A stretch of 62,846 bases of DNA, counting the filler, from Octopus bimaculoides (Eukaryota): NCBI RefSeq assembly GCF_001194135.2. It is 5 parts of 3 records of this genome, joined end to end, with 100 filler letters (N's around TTAATTAATTAA, not from the genome) between each part and the next. Parts side by side here need not be neighbours in the genome. Positions count along the whole stretch, not along the records: positions 11,740 to 18,686 come from NC_069000.1; positions 18,787 to 41,129 come from NC_069006.1; 3 more parts are not named here. One strand, written 5' to 3'. The position numbers and the translations under genes are program-made. The notes below the pieces were generated by a model that had not been told where the DNA came from, ran no database searches, and saw only the letters and a program-made list of their open reading frames with translations. Positions 12,776-27,567 of this stretch are shown one piece after another (within the stretch, counting starts at the first letter, position 1; each line of letters opens with the position of its first letter).

Positions 12776-13640
12776 AGCGACGACTTTCATATATACATAT
12801 TTATAAAGGTGTTCTCCTATCTACATATCTCTCTATTTTAATACTTACATGGACATCTATGTACCCACACACAATACGTAGATATACAANNNNNNNNNNN
12901 NNNNNNNNNNNNNNNNNNNNNNNNNNNNNNNNNNNNNNNNNNNNNNNNNNNNNNNNNNNNNNNNNNNNNNNNNNNNNNNNNNNNNNNNNNNNNNNNNNNN
13001 NNNNNNNNNNNNNNNNNNNNNNNNNNNNNNNNNNNNNNNNNNNNNNNNNNNNNNNNNNNNNNNNNNNNNNNNNNNNNNNNNNNNNNNNNNNNNNNNNNNN
13101 NNNNNNNNNNNNNNNNNNNNNNNNNNNNNNNNNNNNNNNNNNNNNNNNNNNNNNNNNNNNNNNNNNNNNNNNNNNNNNNNNNNNNNNNNNNNNNNNNNNN
13201 NNNNNNNNNNNNNNNNNNNNNNNNNNNNNNNNNNNNNNNNNNNNNNNNNNNNNNNNNNNNNNNNNNNNNNNNNNNNNNNNNNNNNNNNNNNNNNNNNNNN
13301 NNNNNNNNNNNNNNNNNNNNNNNNNNNNNNNNNNNNNNNNNNNNNNNNNNNNNNNNNNNNNNNNNNNNNNNNGTATGTATGTATGTAGGTATGTATGTGT
13401 ATGTATGTATGTATGTATGTATGTATGTATGTATGTATACGTTTATGCATGCGAACGGCACAAAAAGCTATATATACTTAATCAATGGATCGATTGTTCG
13501 TCTGCTTAATTATATATACATACACACACGTATGTAAGTATGTATATATACATATATGTATACACATACATACACAAGTGAATTACACAAGTGTGTGCGT
13601 GCGTGTGTGTATGTATGTGTGTGTATGTGTGTATGTGTGA

Positions 13641-13679
<39 letters not shown>

Positions 13680-14059
13680 TGTGTGTGCAGCTTAATGCAG
13701 ACAACCATACTTGAGGCTGTGAGTCTAAAATAAGCAATAATTAATTAAGATTATGCCATTCAAAAGATCAAAAAAAAAAAAGAAATAAAAAGAAAGAACA
13801 ACAAACAAACAAAAACAAAATTAAAAATTCACCAGTGTTGATAACAGTTTATTCTTAGCAATAACAGGGAGATAACTATCAATATTTCATGCGAGCAAAA
13901 ATTAATTGTAATGGGGGTAACCAAAGGGGGAAAATGAATCTGTTATTCAGTTATTATGATGATAATTCTAGCTATGTTCTGGTTTTATTAGACCTCATCA
14001 GCAAAACAGTGTACTTAATGTTAATCAAGATCTTTGACGTCAGATAGAAATAGTTTTAT

Positions 14060-14099
<40 letters not shown>

Positions 14100-15469
14100 A
14101 GTGTGTGATAGTTACTGACTATTCAACCATTTTTTCGGCCACTACCCCTCGAAGGGATGTAATCGTAAAGTCCTCAATCACCCCCTCCGTATGGTCTTTT
14201 TACAAGCAACCGCCTTTAAATTTTCCGAGCATTCCAATCATTAACAGTCGTTCCTTCCTGGGCTCTCTTCNNNNNNNNNNNNNNNNNNNNNNNNNNNNNN
14301 NNNNNNNNNNNNNNNNNNNNNNNNNNNNNNNNNNNNNNNNNNNNNNNNNNNNNNNNNNNNNNNNNNNNNNNNNNNNNNNNNNNNNNNNNNNNNNNNNNNN
14401 NNNNNNNNNNNNNNNNNNNNNNNNNNNNNNNNNNNNNNNNNNNNNNNNNNNNNNNNNNNNNNNNNNNNNNNNNNNNNNNNNNNNNNNNNNNNNNNNNNNN
14501 NNNNNNNNNNNNNNNNNNNNNNNNNNNNNNNNNNNNNNNNNNNNNNNNNNNNNNNNNNNNNNNNNNNNNNNNNNNNNNNNNNNNNNNNNNNNNNNNNNNN
14601 NNNNNNNNNNNNNNNNNNNNNNNNNNNNNNNNNNNNNNNNNNNNNNNNNNNNNNNNNNNNNNNNNNNNNNNNNNNNNNNNNNNNNNNNNNNNNNNNNNNN
14701 NNNNNNNNNNNNNNNNNNNNNNNNNNNNNNNNNNNNNNNNNNNNNNNNNNNNNNNNNNNNNNNNNNNNNNNNNNNNNNNNNNNNNNNNNNNNNNNNNNNN
14801 NNNNNNNNNNNNNNNNNNNNNNNNNNNNNNNNNNNNNNNNNNNNNNNNNNNNNNNNNNNNNNNNNNNNNNNNNNNNNNNNNNNNNNNNNNNNNNNNNNNN
14901 NNNNNNNNNNNNNNNNNNNNNNNNNNNNNNNNNNNNNNNNNNNNNNNNNNNNNNNNNNNNNNNNNNNNNNNNNNNNNNNNNNNNNNNNNNNNNNNNNNNN
15001 NNNNNNNNNNNNNNNNNNNNNNNNNNNNNNNNNNNNNNNNNNNNNNNNNNNNNNNNNNNNNNNNNNNNNNNNNNNNNNNNNNNNNNNNNNNNNNNNNNNN
15101 NNNNNNNNNNNNNNNNNNNNNNNNNNNNNNNNNNNNNNNNNNNNNNNNNNNNNNNNNNNNNNNNNNNNNNNNNNNNNNNNNNNNNNNNNNNNNNNNNNNN
15201 TGTGTCCTTGAGCAGGACACTTTAATTTCACGTTTCTCCAATCCCCTCGGCTGTCAAAAATGAGTAGTACCTGTAATTCAAAGGGAAAGTCTTGTCACAT
15301 TTTGTGTCACGCCGAATCTCTCTACGCGTGTCAGTGGAGTGCTCAACCACTTGCACTTTAATCTCACGAGCAGGCTGTTCCGTTGATCGGATCAACTGGA
15401 AAACTCGCCGTCGTAACTGACGGAGTACCAGCGTGTTTGTATTTCCTTCAAGCATCAAGCTGCAACCTG

Positions 15470-15850
15470 TATTTGACCCGCGATCCTATTGACTTCAGTA
15501 TGGGCCCTAACGAAGTCCAGTGCCTTTCACTGGAACCCCCTTGATATAGATGGGGTAGAAATCCACTACATCAAATTGGGTAAACCTAACTTTGCACCTG
15601 CGGCTATTGGCCTTGAACCATGTAATGACCTCGTTGGTGTTGCGCTATAGGGCCTGGTCAGAGACGTTACTAACGCCGTTACTTGATGAGCCATTTGCTC
15701 ACCTGTCCGATTTCAGACTTCACCGGGTTTAGCCTGCATTTAGGGTTAGAGACAAAGTTATGATCTTTGATTGTCATGAAGGCCTATTTCTTCGCCAGCG
15801 TCTCTACCCTATCTTTTATGACGAGCTTAAAAGCTATGTATCTGGCCTCC
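15470..15850 (-). mobile_element. Degraded Penelope-like element RT, N-terminal part
   Basis: Minus strand reads AFMTIKDH-NFVSNPKCRL-NPVKSEIGQVSK and NTNEVITWFK...FTQFDVVDFYP(S)IS...KALDF, both PLE RT motifs, with stops and frameshifts. Confidence 0.75.
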
Positions 15851-15893
15851 TGGTTAATATTATTGTATACCTTTAATAAGTAAGTCCACACCC

Positions 15894-16163
15894 GAGGCAG
15901 AGGCAGGATGCTCATGCAGGGGTGACACAACTTGTTCACTGAACAGTCACTGCAATATGGAGAGAGTTATTTACGAGACAGAAGTAACACCAACAGGACC
16001 CAATGGACAACCGAGCATGCAGAAGTATGTGGAGACAACGGAAGGCCCCCTTCAGAATCTACTTTAATAACCACAAGTCCTCTTTCGACATCCCAGAGAG
16101 ACATAACACCACAACCCTAGCCAAGCATGTCTGGGTTTTGAAAGAAAGCGTAACGGAGTACAG
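15894..16163 (+). mobile_element. Penelope-like GIY-YIG endonuclease fragment
   Basis: GCSCRGDTTCSLNSHCNMERVIYETEVT...KYVETTEGP, frameshift, then FRIYFNNHKSSFDIPERHNTTTLAKHVWVLKE (PLE CxCR..CPL..C / IY / YIG / NHKSSF / STTLSK.IW). Confidence 0.8.
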
Positions 16164-17729
16164 NNNNNNNNNNNNNNNNNNNNNNNNNNNNNNNNNNNNN
16201 NNNNNNNNNNNNNNNNNNNNNNNNNNNNNNNNNNNNNNNNNNNNNNNNNNNNNNNNNNNNNNNNNNNNNNNNNNNNNNNNNNNNNNNNNNNNNNNNNNNN
16301 NNNNNNNNNNNNNNNNNNNNNNNNNNNNNNNNNNNNNNNNNNNNNNNNNNNNNNNNNNNNNNNNNNNNNNNNNNNNNNNNNNNNNNNNNNNNNNNNNNNN
16401 NNNNNNNNNNNNNNNNNNNNNNNNNNNNNNNNNNNNNNNNNNNNNNNNNNNNNNNNNNNNNNNNNNNNNNNNNNNNNNNNNNNNNNNNNNNNNNNNNNNN
16501 NNNNNNNNNNNNNNNNNNNNNNNNNNNNNNNNNNNNNNNNNNNNNNNNNNNNNNNNNNNNNNNNNNNNNNNNNNNNNNNNNNNNNNNNNNNNNNNNNNNN
16601 NNNNNNNNNNNNNNNNNNNNNNNNNNNNNNNNNNNNNNNNNNNNNNNNNNNNNNNNNNNNNNNNNNNNNNNNNNNNNNNNNNNNNNNNNNNNNNNNNNNN
16701 NNNNNNNNNNNNNNNNNNNNNNNNNNNNNNNNNNNNNNNNNNNNNNNNNNNNNNNNNNNNNNNNNNNNNNNNNNNNNNNNNNNNNNNNNNNNNNNNNNNN
16801 NNNNNNNNNNNNNNNNNNNNNNNNNNNNNNNNNNNNNNNNNNNNNNNNNNNNNNNNNNNTATACATAGATATATATATTCATATGTATATATCTATATGT
16901 GTCATTGTCTTTGTGTTTGCTACCTACATCCCTCCCACTGCTTGACAACTGGTGTTGGTTTGTTTACGTCGCTGTAACTTAGCAGTTTAGCACAAGAGAC
17001 TGACGGAATAATACCAGACTTTAAGCAAAAAAAAAAAAATGCCGTAACCCCTCTCCACTAAGGTCGACTAAAACCCTTCAAAGCAGTGCCCCAGCATGGC
17101 CGTAGTCCAACGACTGAAACAAGTAAATTTAGGGGTTAGGGTTAAAAGATAAAAGATAAACAGATAAACATTAATTATTCAATCAACGCAGATGAGTAGA
17201 GTATGATCCGAGGGAAAGGACGCTGCTAATTCTAGCCGGGAAAGTAACCCCCTTGGGTACTTTTATGATAATGTTCTTACTGTTGGTAGTGTGATGGACT
17301 TACTGATGATGATGATGATGATGATGATGATCACGATTATGATGATTATGATGATGATATGATGATGATGACAGCGATGATCATTTGATGGTGTTTGGGC
17401 TTTTTAACCCAAGGTCAGCCCATGAAGAAGGCCTATGATCAGAGCAAAAGTATTCCAGTCAAGCTTTGACTTCGCTTTGCACGTTATCCACGTCCTGTTG
17501 TTTGAGACAACGGGGTGGGCATTTAGGTGTGGCCGGGGGGTGATTTAGCTTCTACCTCTAGCATTTCGAGCGATCAACGTTGAAGCTTCATTCCGCTCCT
17601 TTTCTGTTTGATTGTTGGCGGAGGAGCAGTAATCTTGTTGTTCTCTTTCCTTTTCTTCTTTTCTTTCTTTTCCTTCTCTTCCTCCTTCAGCTCCTCCTCC
17701 TCCTCCTCCTCCTTCTTCTCACATACCCT

Positions 17730-17767
<38 letters not shown>

Positions 17768-18394
17768 TTCTGCTTCTCGTCATTATATTTACTCTCCAAA
17801 CGTTAATACCTCCCTCTCTCTCTCTCCTCTGTCGCTCTCTCTCCTTTTTACACTCCCATCATTTCCTCCCCCTCTTCCTCTCCCCACATCTATTCATCAT
17901 CAACCACTCTGCATCATTTGCTTGCTATCGCTTTCTTCTTTTTTTTAATCATTTCTTCTCTCCATCATTCCTTACTCTCCCCCGGTCGCTCTACTTGCTC
18001 TCTAACCGCTTCTGTATTCTTTCAAAACTCCTCTCTTCCTCCTACCTCATCACTTACTTCTCTCTCTCTCTCACTCACAAGCAAAAACTCACACACACAT
18101 ACACCCTCAAACTCTCTCTCCCTCCCTCTCCCTCCCTCAGACACACACATACATACACAAACTCACACAAACACAAATATAAACACACTTACTGAATCAT
18201 ACCCTGTTCAATCTCTCCGTCACTTGGCTTTCTCTCATATATATTTCCTTTCGGAACACCCATAATCACGGCACACACCAACTACAGCTATCCCACAAGC
18301 TTTTACCCATTGGCTATTAGCATACAACTTTTATTGCACACACGCACGAACATACAAATACACGCACAAATCTATAATATATGATATAATATAG

Positions 18395-18434
<40 letters not shown>

Positions 18435-18463
18435 CATCCATCCATCCATCCGTCCATCCATCC

Positions 18464-18512
<49 letters not shown>

Positions 18513-18686
18513 CTGTAGTCCGAAGCAAGGCCCATTTGTTCCTAACACATCCGTATATAACCGAACCGACACATCACATTGCCCCGATATTTATCTGCCA
18601 CGCCTCATCTTTACACTTTCCTCATCCGCCTCCTCTTCCGCTTTCTTTAATTTTTTTTCTCTTCTCCTTGCTTTTTTTTCCCCTCT

Positions 18687-18786
18687 NNNNNNNNNNNNNN
18701 NNNNNNNNNNNNNNNNNNNNNNNNNNNNNNTTAATTAATTAANNNNNNNNNNNNNNNNNNNNNNNNNNNNNNNNNNNNNNNNNNNN
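18687..18786. other. Artificial scaffold-joining spacer
   Basis: Same 44 N / 12-mer / 44 N layout. Confidence 0.9.
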
Positions 18787-18853
<67 letters not shown>

Positions 18854-19845
18854 CGTGCAAATGCCTATCTGTCTATCCGTCCATCTGTATTTATCTATCT
18901 GTCTATCTCTCAATCTATCTACATATCTATCTATCTGTCTGTCAGTTTGTCTACATACCTGTCTGTCTGTCAGTCTGTCTATAAATTTGTTTGTGTTTGT
19001 GTGTGTCTGTCTATCTGTGTATCTATCTGTCTGTTTGTCTGTCTATCTATCTACACATCTATCTATCCATACCTCCTTCTGCCTTTCCTTCTTTCTTCCT
19101 TCTTCTCTCCCCTTTTCCTGTCCCTCTCCCCATCTCTCTCCTTTCCTCTTCTTTCTTTCCTTCTTCCTTTTTCCATTTCTCCTTTCTTTTATTCCTTCAT
19201 TTTTTTTTTCTTTCTTTCTTCCACATTGTGAACGTGTATCTAGTCTCACATTGTGTCTATCTCTGTCTGGCACTCACTCCATCCATCCATCCACCCACCC
19301 AGTCACTCATTCCGTCATTCCATATTTACACACTATGCCAGTCTGTTCTATAGATTATAGACTTGTGTCTATCTTATCAGAAAACAATGGCTCAATTGAA
19401 AATATTCTAGAGAGACAAAACTAAACTTCAATCACATATTCATAACTTACCTCTTTATTACATATATATATTATATATGTTTTCCATTATTAAATCTTGG
19501 CTGTCAACTAGGTATGAGTAAGTAAATGTATTTGCGTTAATCAGTGTGTGTTCATGTTATTGCTGAGAAGATATGTATGTGTGTGTTATTAGCATTTGGT
19601 TTTTGAAAGGTAAGGTAATTCCTGATGAGGTTTAATAAAGATGAAACTAATTGGATGAATCCTCATGCTTAATTGCTTAGCTCTGTTGTTTATGCATAGA
19701 CACAGACTCAAATGCACGCATGTGCACACACACACACACACACACACATGCACACAACTACAAGAGCTGAGGTAGATAAAAATGAGAAGAATTAATCCAA
19801 CTAGTTTATCCATTGGCTACAAATTTACAATGAAANNNNNNNNNN

Positions 19846-19889
<44 letters not shown>

Positions 19890-20020
19890 ATACACACCTA
19901 CTAATAGGTTCATGCTATTATGATACTTGAACAGGTTTGTTTGTAAAATATGCTTTGTATCTTAAAGCAATCTTTCAGGCTCTGTTTATGCATAACACAC
20001 ACACACACACACACACATAC

Positions 20021-20058
<38 letters not shown>

Positions 20059-20135
20059 ACACACATACACATGTGTATAATATTTTCAGGAAAGAAATGG
20101 TTTGTAATGCAGGAGAATGCTTGCTTGTGTGTGCA

Positions 20136-20179
<44 letters not shown>

Positions 20180-21067
20180 ATAATAGGGACTACATTTTTG
20201 AAAATAATTTCATCTAATCAGCCCTTTGGCAATCTATATACATCATCAGATTCAGAAGAAGAGGTTGTTGGTCATATAAATTCTGATCACGGCATCTTAA
20301 AATAGCGATCATGTGATCATTGAAGCCAACCAATCAAACGATTATGTGATCAACTGAAAGTACAGTAGTTGCAATTTACACCACTAACAATTCCTTCTTC
20401 TCAATCTGCTGATGTGGATTGTCGATGAAAAGACTGATTAGATGAAAGCATTACTTGCAAATGTAATCTTATTCATGATGAAACTATAACAAACTCTGTG
20501 CACTTTTAACACAAAATTGTATCGAGTACATTTGTGGTTTTGATTCATTTAATGATCAAGAGCCATTTGTATATATTCTGCTTCTAACTTTTAGAGAAAT
20601 ATTTCCTTTTTCAAATTTGTTTCTTCAAGACCATCAGAGTGGGTGTAAAATTTTCTTGTAATGCTACAAGAAATGTAACCAGGTTCATTAAAATATGTAT
20701 TTGTTAAACTATTACTCTAATATCTGTTTCTGATTCAATGATAATAACATATTTAGTGTTGTTTAACTGTTGCTACTCACATGCTCAAATCTTATACTAA
20801 CTCATTCACTAGCTTCTAATACGGTCCCTAAATCAGAAATCCTCAACCACCAGGCTGCAGATCAGTATCAGGTCACATCATTTGGTACTGGGCAGCCCAG
20901 AAAGAAGAAATTTTAAAATTTTATTTTTACTTTATTGACTATTGTAGTCTACAGGGTTCTTTTGTATTATATATGTTTTATATATGTAATATATATAACA
21001 TATATAATATGTGTGTAAATAACAGTGAATGTATGTATGTATGTATGTATGTATGTATATATGTATG

Positions 21068-21109
<42 letters not shown>

Positions 21110-21965
21110 NNNNNNNNNNNNNNNNNNNNNNNNNNNNNNNNNNNNNNNNNNNNNNNNNNNNNNNNNNNNNNNNNNNNNNNNNNNNNNNNNNNNNNNNNNN
21201 NNNNNNNNNNNNNNNNNNNNNNNNNNNNNNNNNNNNNNNNNNNNNNNNNNNNNNNNNNNNNNNNNNNNNNNNNNNNNNNNNNNNNNNNNTATACATATGT
21301 ATATGTATATATGTCTGTGTATATATATATGTATGTATATGTATGTATGCATATACATATGTATATGTATATATGTCTGTGTATATATATATGTATGTAT
21401 ATGTATGTATGCATATACATATGTATATGTATATATGTCTGTGTATATATATATATATGGGTATATATATATGTATGTACTTATATATATATATGTATTT
21501 ATGTGTGTGTGTGTGTGTGTGTGCTTTATACGTAATAATGAAATTATGTATTATGCATTTTATTATATTCTATTATATGTGTAATTCCCTGGTCCGCGGA
21601 AAAAAAAATTCTTGCATGAAACTGGTCCATAGGGGCAAAATTGCTGAGGACTGCAGCTTGCAATTTCCCTTAAATATCAATCATCATCCCTGCCAGTTAA
21701 AACACTCCCTACATTCCTTATAACTCAGTTCTGAAAACATGAGTTACCTCTTTTACTAAGCTTCTAAATATGGAAAGAAATTGCAAAGTTTTGAAATTTC
21801 TGCTTTTATCTCAAGTTAGGTTTTTAATATTTGTTACAAACCTAAAAGCCATACTAATGGTCTCCCTGCCTTTATAACACCTATAGAACATACATAATTC
21901 TGCTTTTACACATTTGTATTTTCCCCTTTAATTTAACTCATGCACACAATCCCTAAGTATGTGCT

Positions 21966-22011
<46 letters not shown>

Positions 22012-22220
22012 TGCATGTATGAAAATAAGGAACTTATTGTACACAGTGCTCATATGCACTACCACTCATCAGAAGAAAGTAACCAGAAGTACATGAACAG
22101 CATATAGAATATGTACAAGAAGTGAACAGTGAATGAGTCTTTAAAAAAATAAAGTATGTATGTATATATGTATGTATGTGCTTGTGAGTATATGTATGTT
22201 TGGGTGCATATATATATATG

Positions 22221-22284
<64 letters not shown>

Positions 22285-24056
22285 GTCCAACCCATGCTAG
22301 CATGGAAAGCGGACGTTAAACGATGAACGAAAACAACTAAAGTAATAAAATCACACATACACCATTAAGTTGTCTATAAGAATGAAATCTAGTCCTCCCT
22401 TGTTTAGTTTAAAAGGTTCTTAGAAATATCCTTAAAAAGCAGTTACATTATGATATTGATTTCAAGTTTTGGCACTAGGCCAGCAATCTTGGAGAGGGGG
22501 TGTAAGTCAATTACATCAATCCCAGTATTCCACTGGTACTTATTTTGCCCTTTATGGCTTCTAGAAAATTCTACTTCAGCAACTCGGTGCTGAATCTGTC
22601 TGAAATGCAATGGAAAATAGTTCAATATCAAAACATTGATGTCCAGGTCAGAAATGCAAAGTATGAAGGGAATAGCAGTCACTTCCTGTGATTTCTAGAT
22701 AGAAGCAAATAGGAAATAACACTTACTGACCAAAGATGAAAAAGAAAAAGAAAAAATTTGTTACATATTGTAATTAATTTAAAATGAGGTGAATAAATAA
22801 GCATTAGATTTGATGGAGTAATTTGAATGATAAAGGGTTAAATTGCTTTAAAGCTGGAAGTTTGTATCATAGAACCAAAGGAGGTCACAGGTGAGCTTGT
22901 ATCAAAAGAGTTAATATATTCATGCATATACACAATTACAGAACTTTACCTTAACATCTTTTTGAAGATTGTTACAGTTGATTCAAAATATTAGGCCTAC
23001 ATTTTAGACTCTAAATGCAGTTCTCAGTTAGTCATTTTTTTTTAACCTAGAACACAAAAAATAAAAAAAATAAATAAAAAGGTTCTCTTTCCTGCACCAA
23101 CCAATTTAGTCATTAAAATAAAAGGCTTGACTCGTCATGAATTGGTGTACAGACTTGCAGGTGTTTTCTCAAGCCTTCATACATACATATGTATATATGC
23201 ATAATAGAATAAAGATGTAAATCTCTTGTGATCTAAACTACTCTAACCTTCATTTCTACCCTCAAGTTAAATCAGTGTTTATCTCACAATCTGACCTGAT
23301 ACCAGTCGTTTGCCTGCTTCCACCTTTATTCTATTATTCCTGTACCTGCTCAATCAAATGGGAGTATGAGGGCTTTACTCTCATTCAATGCAGATGGCTG
23401 GATATGATTGGGGAGATCTCCAGAGGCATGATGTCACCTTAGAGGATACAGAGGGGCTGGCACGGGACCACCAGCAATGGAGACCTCTGGTGGACCTGGT
23501 CTGCTCTATGCATAGATACTCACAAACACATACAGCACACACACATACTCACAAAAGCATATGCACATACACATGTACAACATGCATATCATACATACAC
23601 ACACGCACTCACATTAGTATACACACATACTCTTGTACAACACAAACAACACACACATACAGTACATATACACATGTACACACACATACACATACACTTG
23701 GCTCACTGCCAGTTACAACGATGAGTGTTTGAGTTGATCTGATCACTGGAACAGCCTGCTCATGAAATTAACATACAAGTGACTGAGTACTCCACAGACA
23801 TGTGTACCCTTAATGTAGTTCTCAGGGAGATTCAGCGTGACACAGAATGTGACAAGACTGGCTTTTTGACTCATTTTTGCCAGCTGAGTGAAATGGAACA
23901 ATGTGAAATAAAGAGTCTCGCTCAAGAACACAATGCGCTGCTGGGAATTGAACTCATGACTTTACAATTGTGAGCCGAATACCCTAACCATGTGCCTCCT
24001 CCATCAAACACCCGCACACAATTCAAATACATACACATGTACACACACATACATAT

Positions 24057-24103
<47 letters not shown>

Positions 24104-24108
24104 CTCTC

Positions 24109-24144
<36 letters not shown>

Positions 24145-24679
24145 NNNNNNNNNNNNNNNNNNNNNNNNNNNNNNNNNNNNNNNNNNNNNNNNNNNNNNNN
24201 NNNNNNNNNNNNNNNNNNNNNNNNNNNNNNNNNNNNNNNNNNNNNNNNNNNNNNNNNNNNNNNNNNNNNNNNNNNNNNNNNNNNNNNNNNNNNNNNNNNN
24301 NNNNNNNNNNNNNNNNNNNNNNNNNNNNNNNNNNNNNNNNNNNNNNNNNNNNNNNNNNNNNNNNNNNNNNNNNNNNNNNNNNNNNNNNNNNNNNNNNNNN
24401 NNNNNNNNNNNNNNNNNNNNNNNNNNNNNNNNNNNNNNNNNNNNNNNNNNNNNNNNNNNNNNNNNNNNNNNNNNNNNNNNNNNNNNNNNNNNNNNNNNNN
24501 NNNNNNNNNNNNNNNNNNNNNNNNNNNNNNNNNNNNNNNNNNNNNNNNNNNNNNNNNNNNNNNNNNNNNNNNNNNNNNNNNNNNNNNNNNNNNNNNNNNN
24601 NNNNNNNNNNNNNNNNNNNTTGACTTTTCAAAGATGTACTTTTGTTATTATTGTTGTTGTTATTGTTATGTTGTTTCAC

Positions 24680-25050
24680 GCCATATTGCCACCACCATCA
24701 AAACCACCACCAACAACCATCAAAATCAACACTGTCAACACCACCACCACCAACAACAACACTTCCACCAAGACCATCATCACCACCACCGCCAAAACCA
24801 CCACCACCACCACCACCACACTATCAGCAATATTACCACCAGCACCACCATCATCATCACAATTACCACCACTGCCAACATCACCACTACCTCTACCATT
24901 TCTCCTACCACCACCACCACCATCACCACTACCACTATAATTGTTACCCTACCAAAACTGCCGCCACTACCGCTATAATCACCACCAGTACCAAAACCAC
25001 CACCATCACCTCTACCATCTTACCTGCCACCCTCCACCACCATCATCTTT
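24680..25050. repeat. Degenerate (CAC/ACC)n trinucleotide repeat
   Basis: Visible directly. Confidence 0.9.
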
Positions 25051-25164
25051 CACTCCTGTACCATACCTTATTGTTGTGATTATACCCTGAACATGAAATG
25101 TTTATTTGCAATGTCTGTTTTTAATCTTCCATGCACTGTGTACTGTGTGTCTCCCCTCTTACAG

Positions 25165-25335
25165 AACAATGGGACAGTCTGTCGTTAAATCGAGAGAGGC
25201 CATACCTAACATGCACCCTGGCAGAATCATGGGACAGTCTGGCCCAAGGCAGACATAGGCCCCACTTAATGCACTCAACATCTATGGAGCTAATAACCTC
25301 TGCTGATGAGATGAATAAAGACTTAAGATTGAAAG
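25165..25335 (+). CDS. Probable exon of the PITPNM/rdgB gene (linker region upstream of the conserved block)
   Basis: Polypyrimidine acceptor ctcccctcttacag; open frame EQWDSLSLNRERPYLTCTLAESWDSLAQGRHRPHLMHSTSMELITSADEMNKDLRLK; donor G|gtgtgt. Phase 1-1 fits the next exon. No strong homology recognised. Confidence 0.5.
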
Positions 25336-26418
25336 GTGTGTTCAAACGTAGCTTTAATCCACGTTTTTTTTTTTTTTTACACAGGATACAGTGCGGTTTG
25401 TTGCATCAAATGCATGCACCATTTTTTTTTTTTTCATAAATTGTATCTTTATCAATTATTTTCTTGCTTTTTTTTGACCAGTTTTTACATGTTTTTTTCT
25501 TCTTTTTNNNNNNNNNNNNNNNNNNNNNNNNNNNNNNNNNNNNNNNNNNNNNNNNNNNNNNNNNNNNNNNNNNNNNNNNNNNNNNNNNNNNNNNNNNNNN
25601 NNNNNNNNNNNNNNNNNNNNNNNNNNNNNNNNNNNNNNNNNNNNNNNNNNNNNNNNNNNNNNNNNNNNNNNNNNNNNNNNNNNNNNNNNNNNNNNNNNNN
25701 NNNNNNNNNNNNNNNNNNNNNNNNNNNNNNNNNNNNNNNNNNNNNNNNNNNNNNNNNNNNNNNNNNNNNNNNNNNNNNNNNNNNNNNNNNNNNNNNNNNN
25801 NNNNNNNNNNNNNNNNNNNNNNNNNNNNNNNNNNNNNNNNNNNNNNNNNNNNNNNNNNNNNNNNNNNNNNNNNNNNNNNNNNNNNNNNNNNNNNNNNNNN
25901 NNNNNNNNNNNNNNNNNNNNNNNNNNNNNNNNNNNNNNNNNNNNNNNNNNNNNNNNNNNNNNNNNNNNNNNNNNNNNNNNNNNNNNNNNNNNNNNNNNNN
26001 NNNNNNNNNNNNNNNNNNNNNNNNNNNNNNNNNNNNNNNNNNNNNNNNNNNNNNNNNNNNNNNNNNNNNNNNNNNNNNNNNNNNNNNNNNNNNNNNNNNN
26101 NNNNNNNNNNNNNNNNNNNNNNNNNNNNNNNNNNNNNNNNNNNNNNNNNNNNNNNNNNNNNNNNNNNNNNNNNNNNNNNNNNNNNNNNNNNNNNNNNNNN
26201 NNNNNNNNNNNNNNNNNNNNNNNNNNNNNNNNNNNNNNNNNNNNNNNNNNNNNNNNNNNNNNNNNNNNNNNNNNNNNNNNNNNNNNNNNNNNNNNNNNNN
26301 NNNNNNNNNNNNNNNNNNNNNNNNNNNNNNNNNNNNNNNNNNNNNNNNNNNNNNNNNNNNNNNNNNNNNNNNNNNNNNNNNNNNNNNNNNNNNNNNNNNN
26401 NNNNNNNNNNNNNNNNNN

Positions 26419-26477
<59 letters not shown>

Positions 26478-27529
26478 TATATGCAGATGTATGTATGTAT
26501 ATATACATACATACATACACATATAAGTACACACACATCTAAAAATATAAAAACATGTATATATACATAAGTGTGTGTGTTGCACACACACACACACACA
26601 TACATATGAGAAAAATTGGGCAACATATAAGAAGAGATAACAGATGAAACAAACAAGTATTCTTAGCTGTCTTAGCTTGGGAAATTTCACAAGTTTAGTG
26701 CATGATTACAGTATTTCATAGCTCTAGGTGCACCAACAATTCTGGATATAGTTCTTGAGGAATTGATCTGGTAAAAATGAAACAAAGAAGACATAAAGAA
26801 ATATCATTAAATATTTAGTGGCTTGACAGAGGCAAATGGTGAAGATAAGGAACACAAGACCTAAAGAACTGCTGTATTTGATGGCATATAAAATGTATTT
26901 TTCCGAAAAAGTATCTCAAAAAATTCACCCTAGGTCCTCTATACAAAGTTGGTCCTATATTACATGTTTTAATTCACTGAAAGATTTTTTTCCTGAATAT
27001 GCACTGCAGAAATTGGGTTTGCTTTGACATGCCTGAGTGATTTTTATCCCACACATTCTGCTAACCCTGACTGACTGCCCCTACCATATGTGGAGACTTC
27101 AGTTCCCTCTCAAACTCAGCTTCGCCATGACAATTAACAAANNNNNNNNNNTCTCTCTCTCTCCTAGTTTCTTTCTCTCTTTCATGGCTGTAGTGAGGTT
27201 TGAATTGAAATACTGAAGATCTGGGTATTTCATCTTCACTGTCGTACTATACAGTGATGTGTGCTTGCATGTGTGTGCATGCATGTGTGTATGTGCATAT
27301 GTGTTTATGTGTGTGTATATGTGTGTTTCTGTGTCTGTGCTCTCAGTTTTGTTTCAAAAGTCTAACTGAACCATTTGATAAATACAGATCATTAAGTAAG
27401 ATAATAGAATGAAATAGATAATAAGTCAATGGAATTAATTAAGACCATGCACCAACACACTGGCAGTTTAATTAAGGAGATCAGTAATGAAATGAAAAAA
27501 AAAATTGCATGTATAACTGTGTGTATGTG

Positions 27530-27567
<38 letters not shown>

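Noticed and set aside
17128-17145. Telomeric TTAGGG repeats
   Set aside because: Only about two units inside a SINE tail.
20207-20305. Acidic SSDSEEE ORF as a PITPNM exon
   Set aside because: Weak splice sites and no FFAT or other family match.
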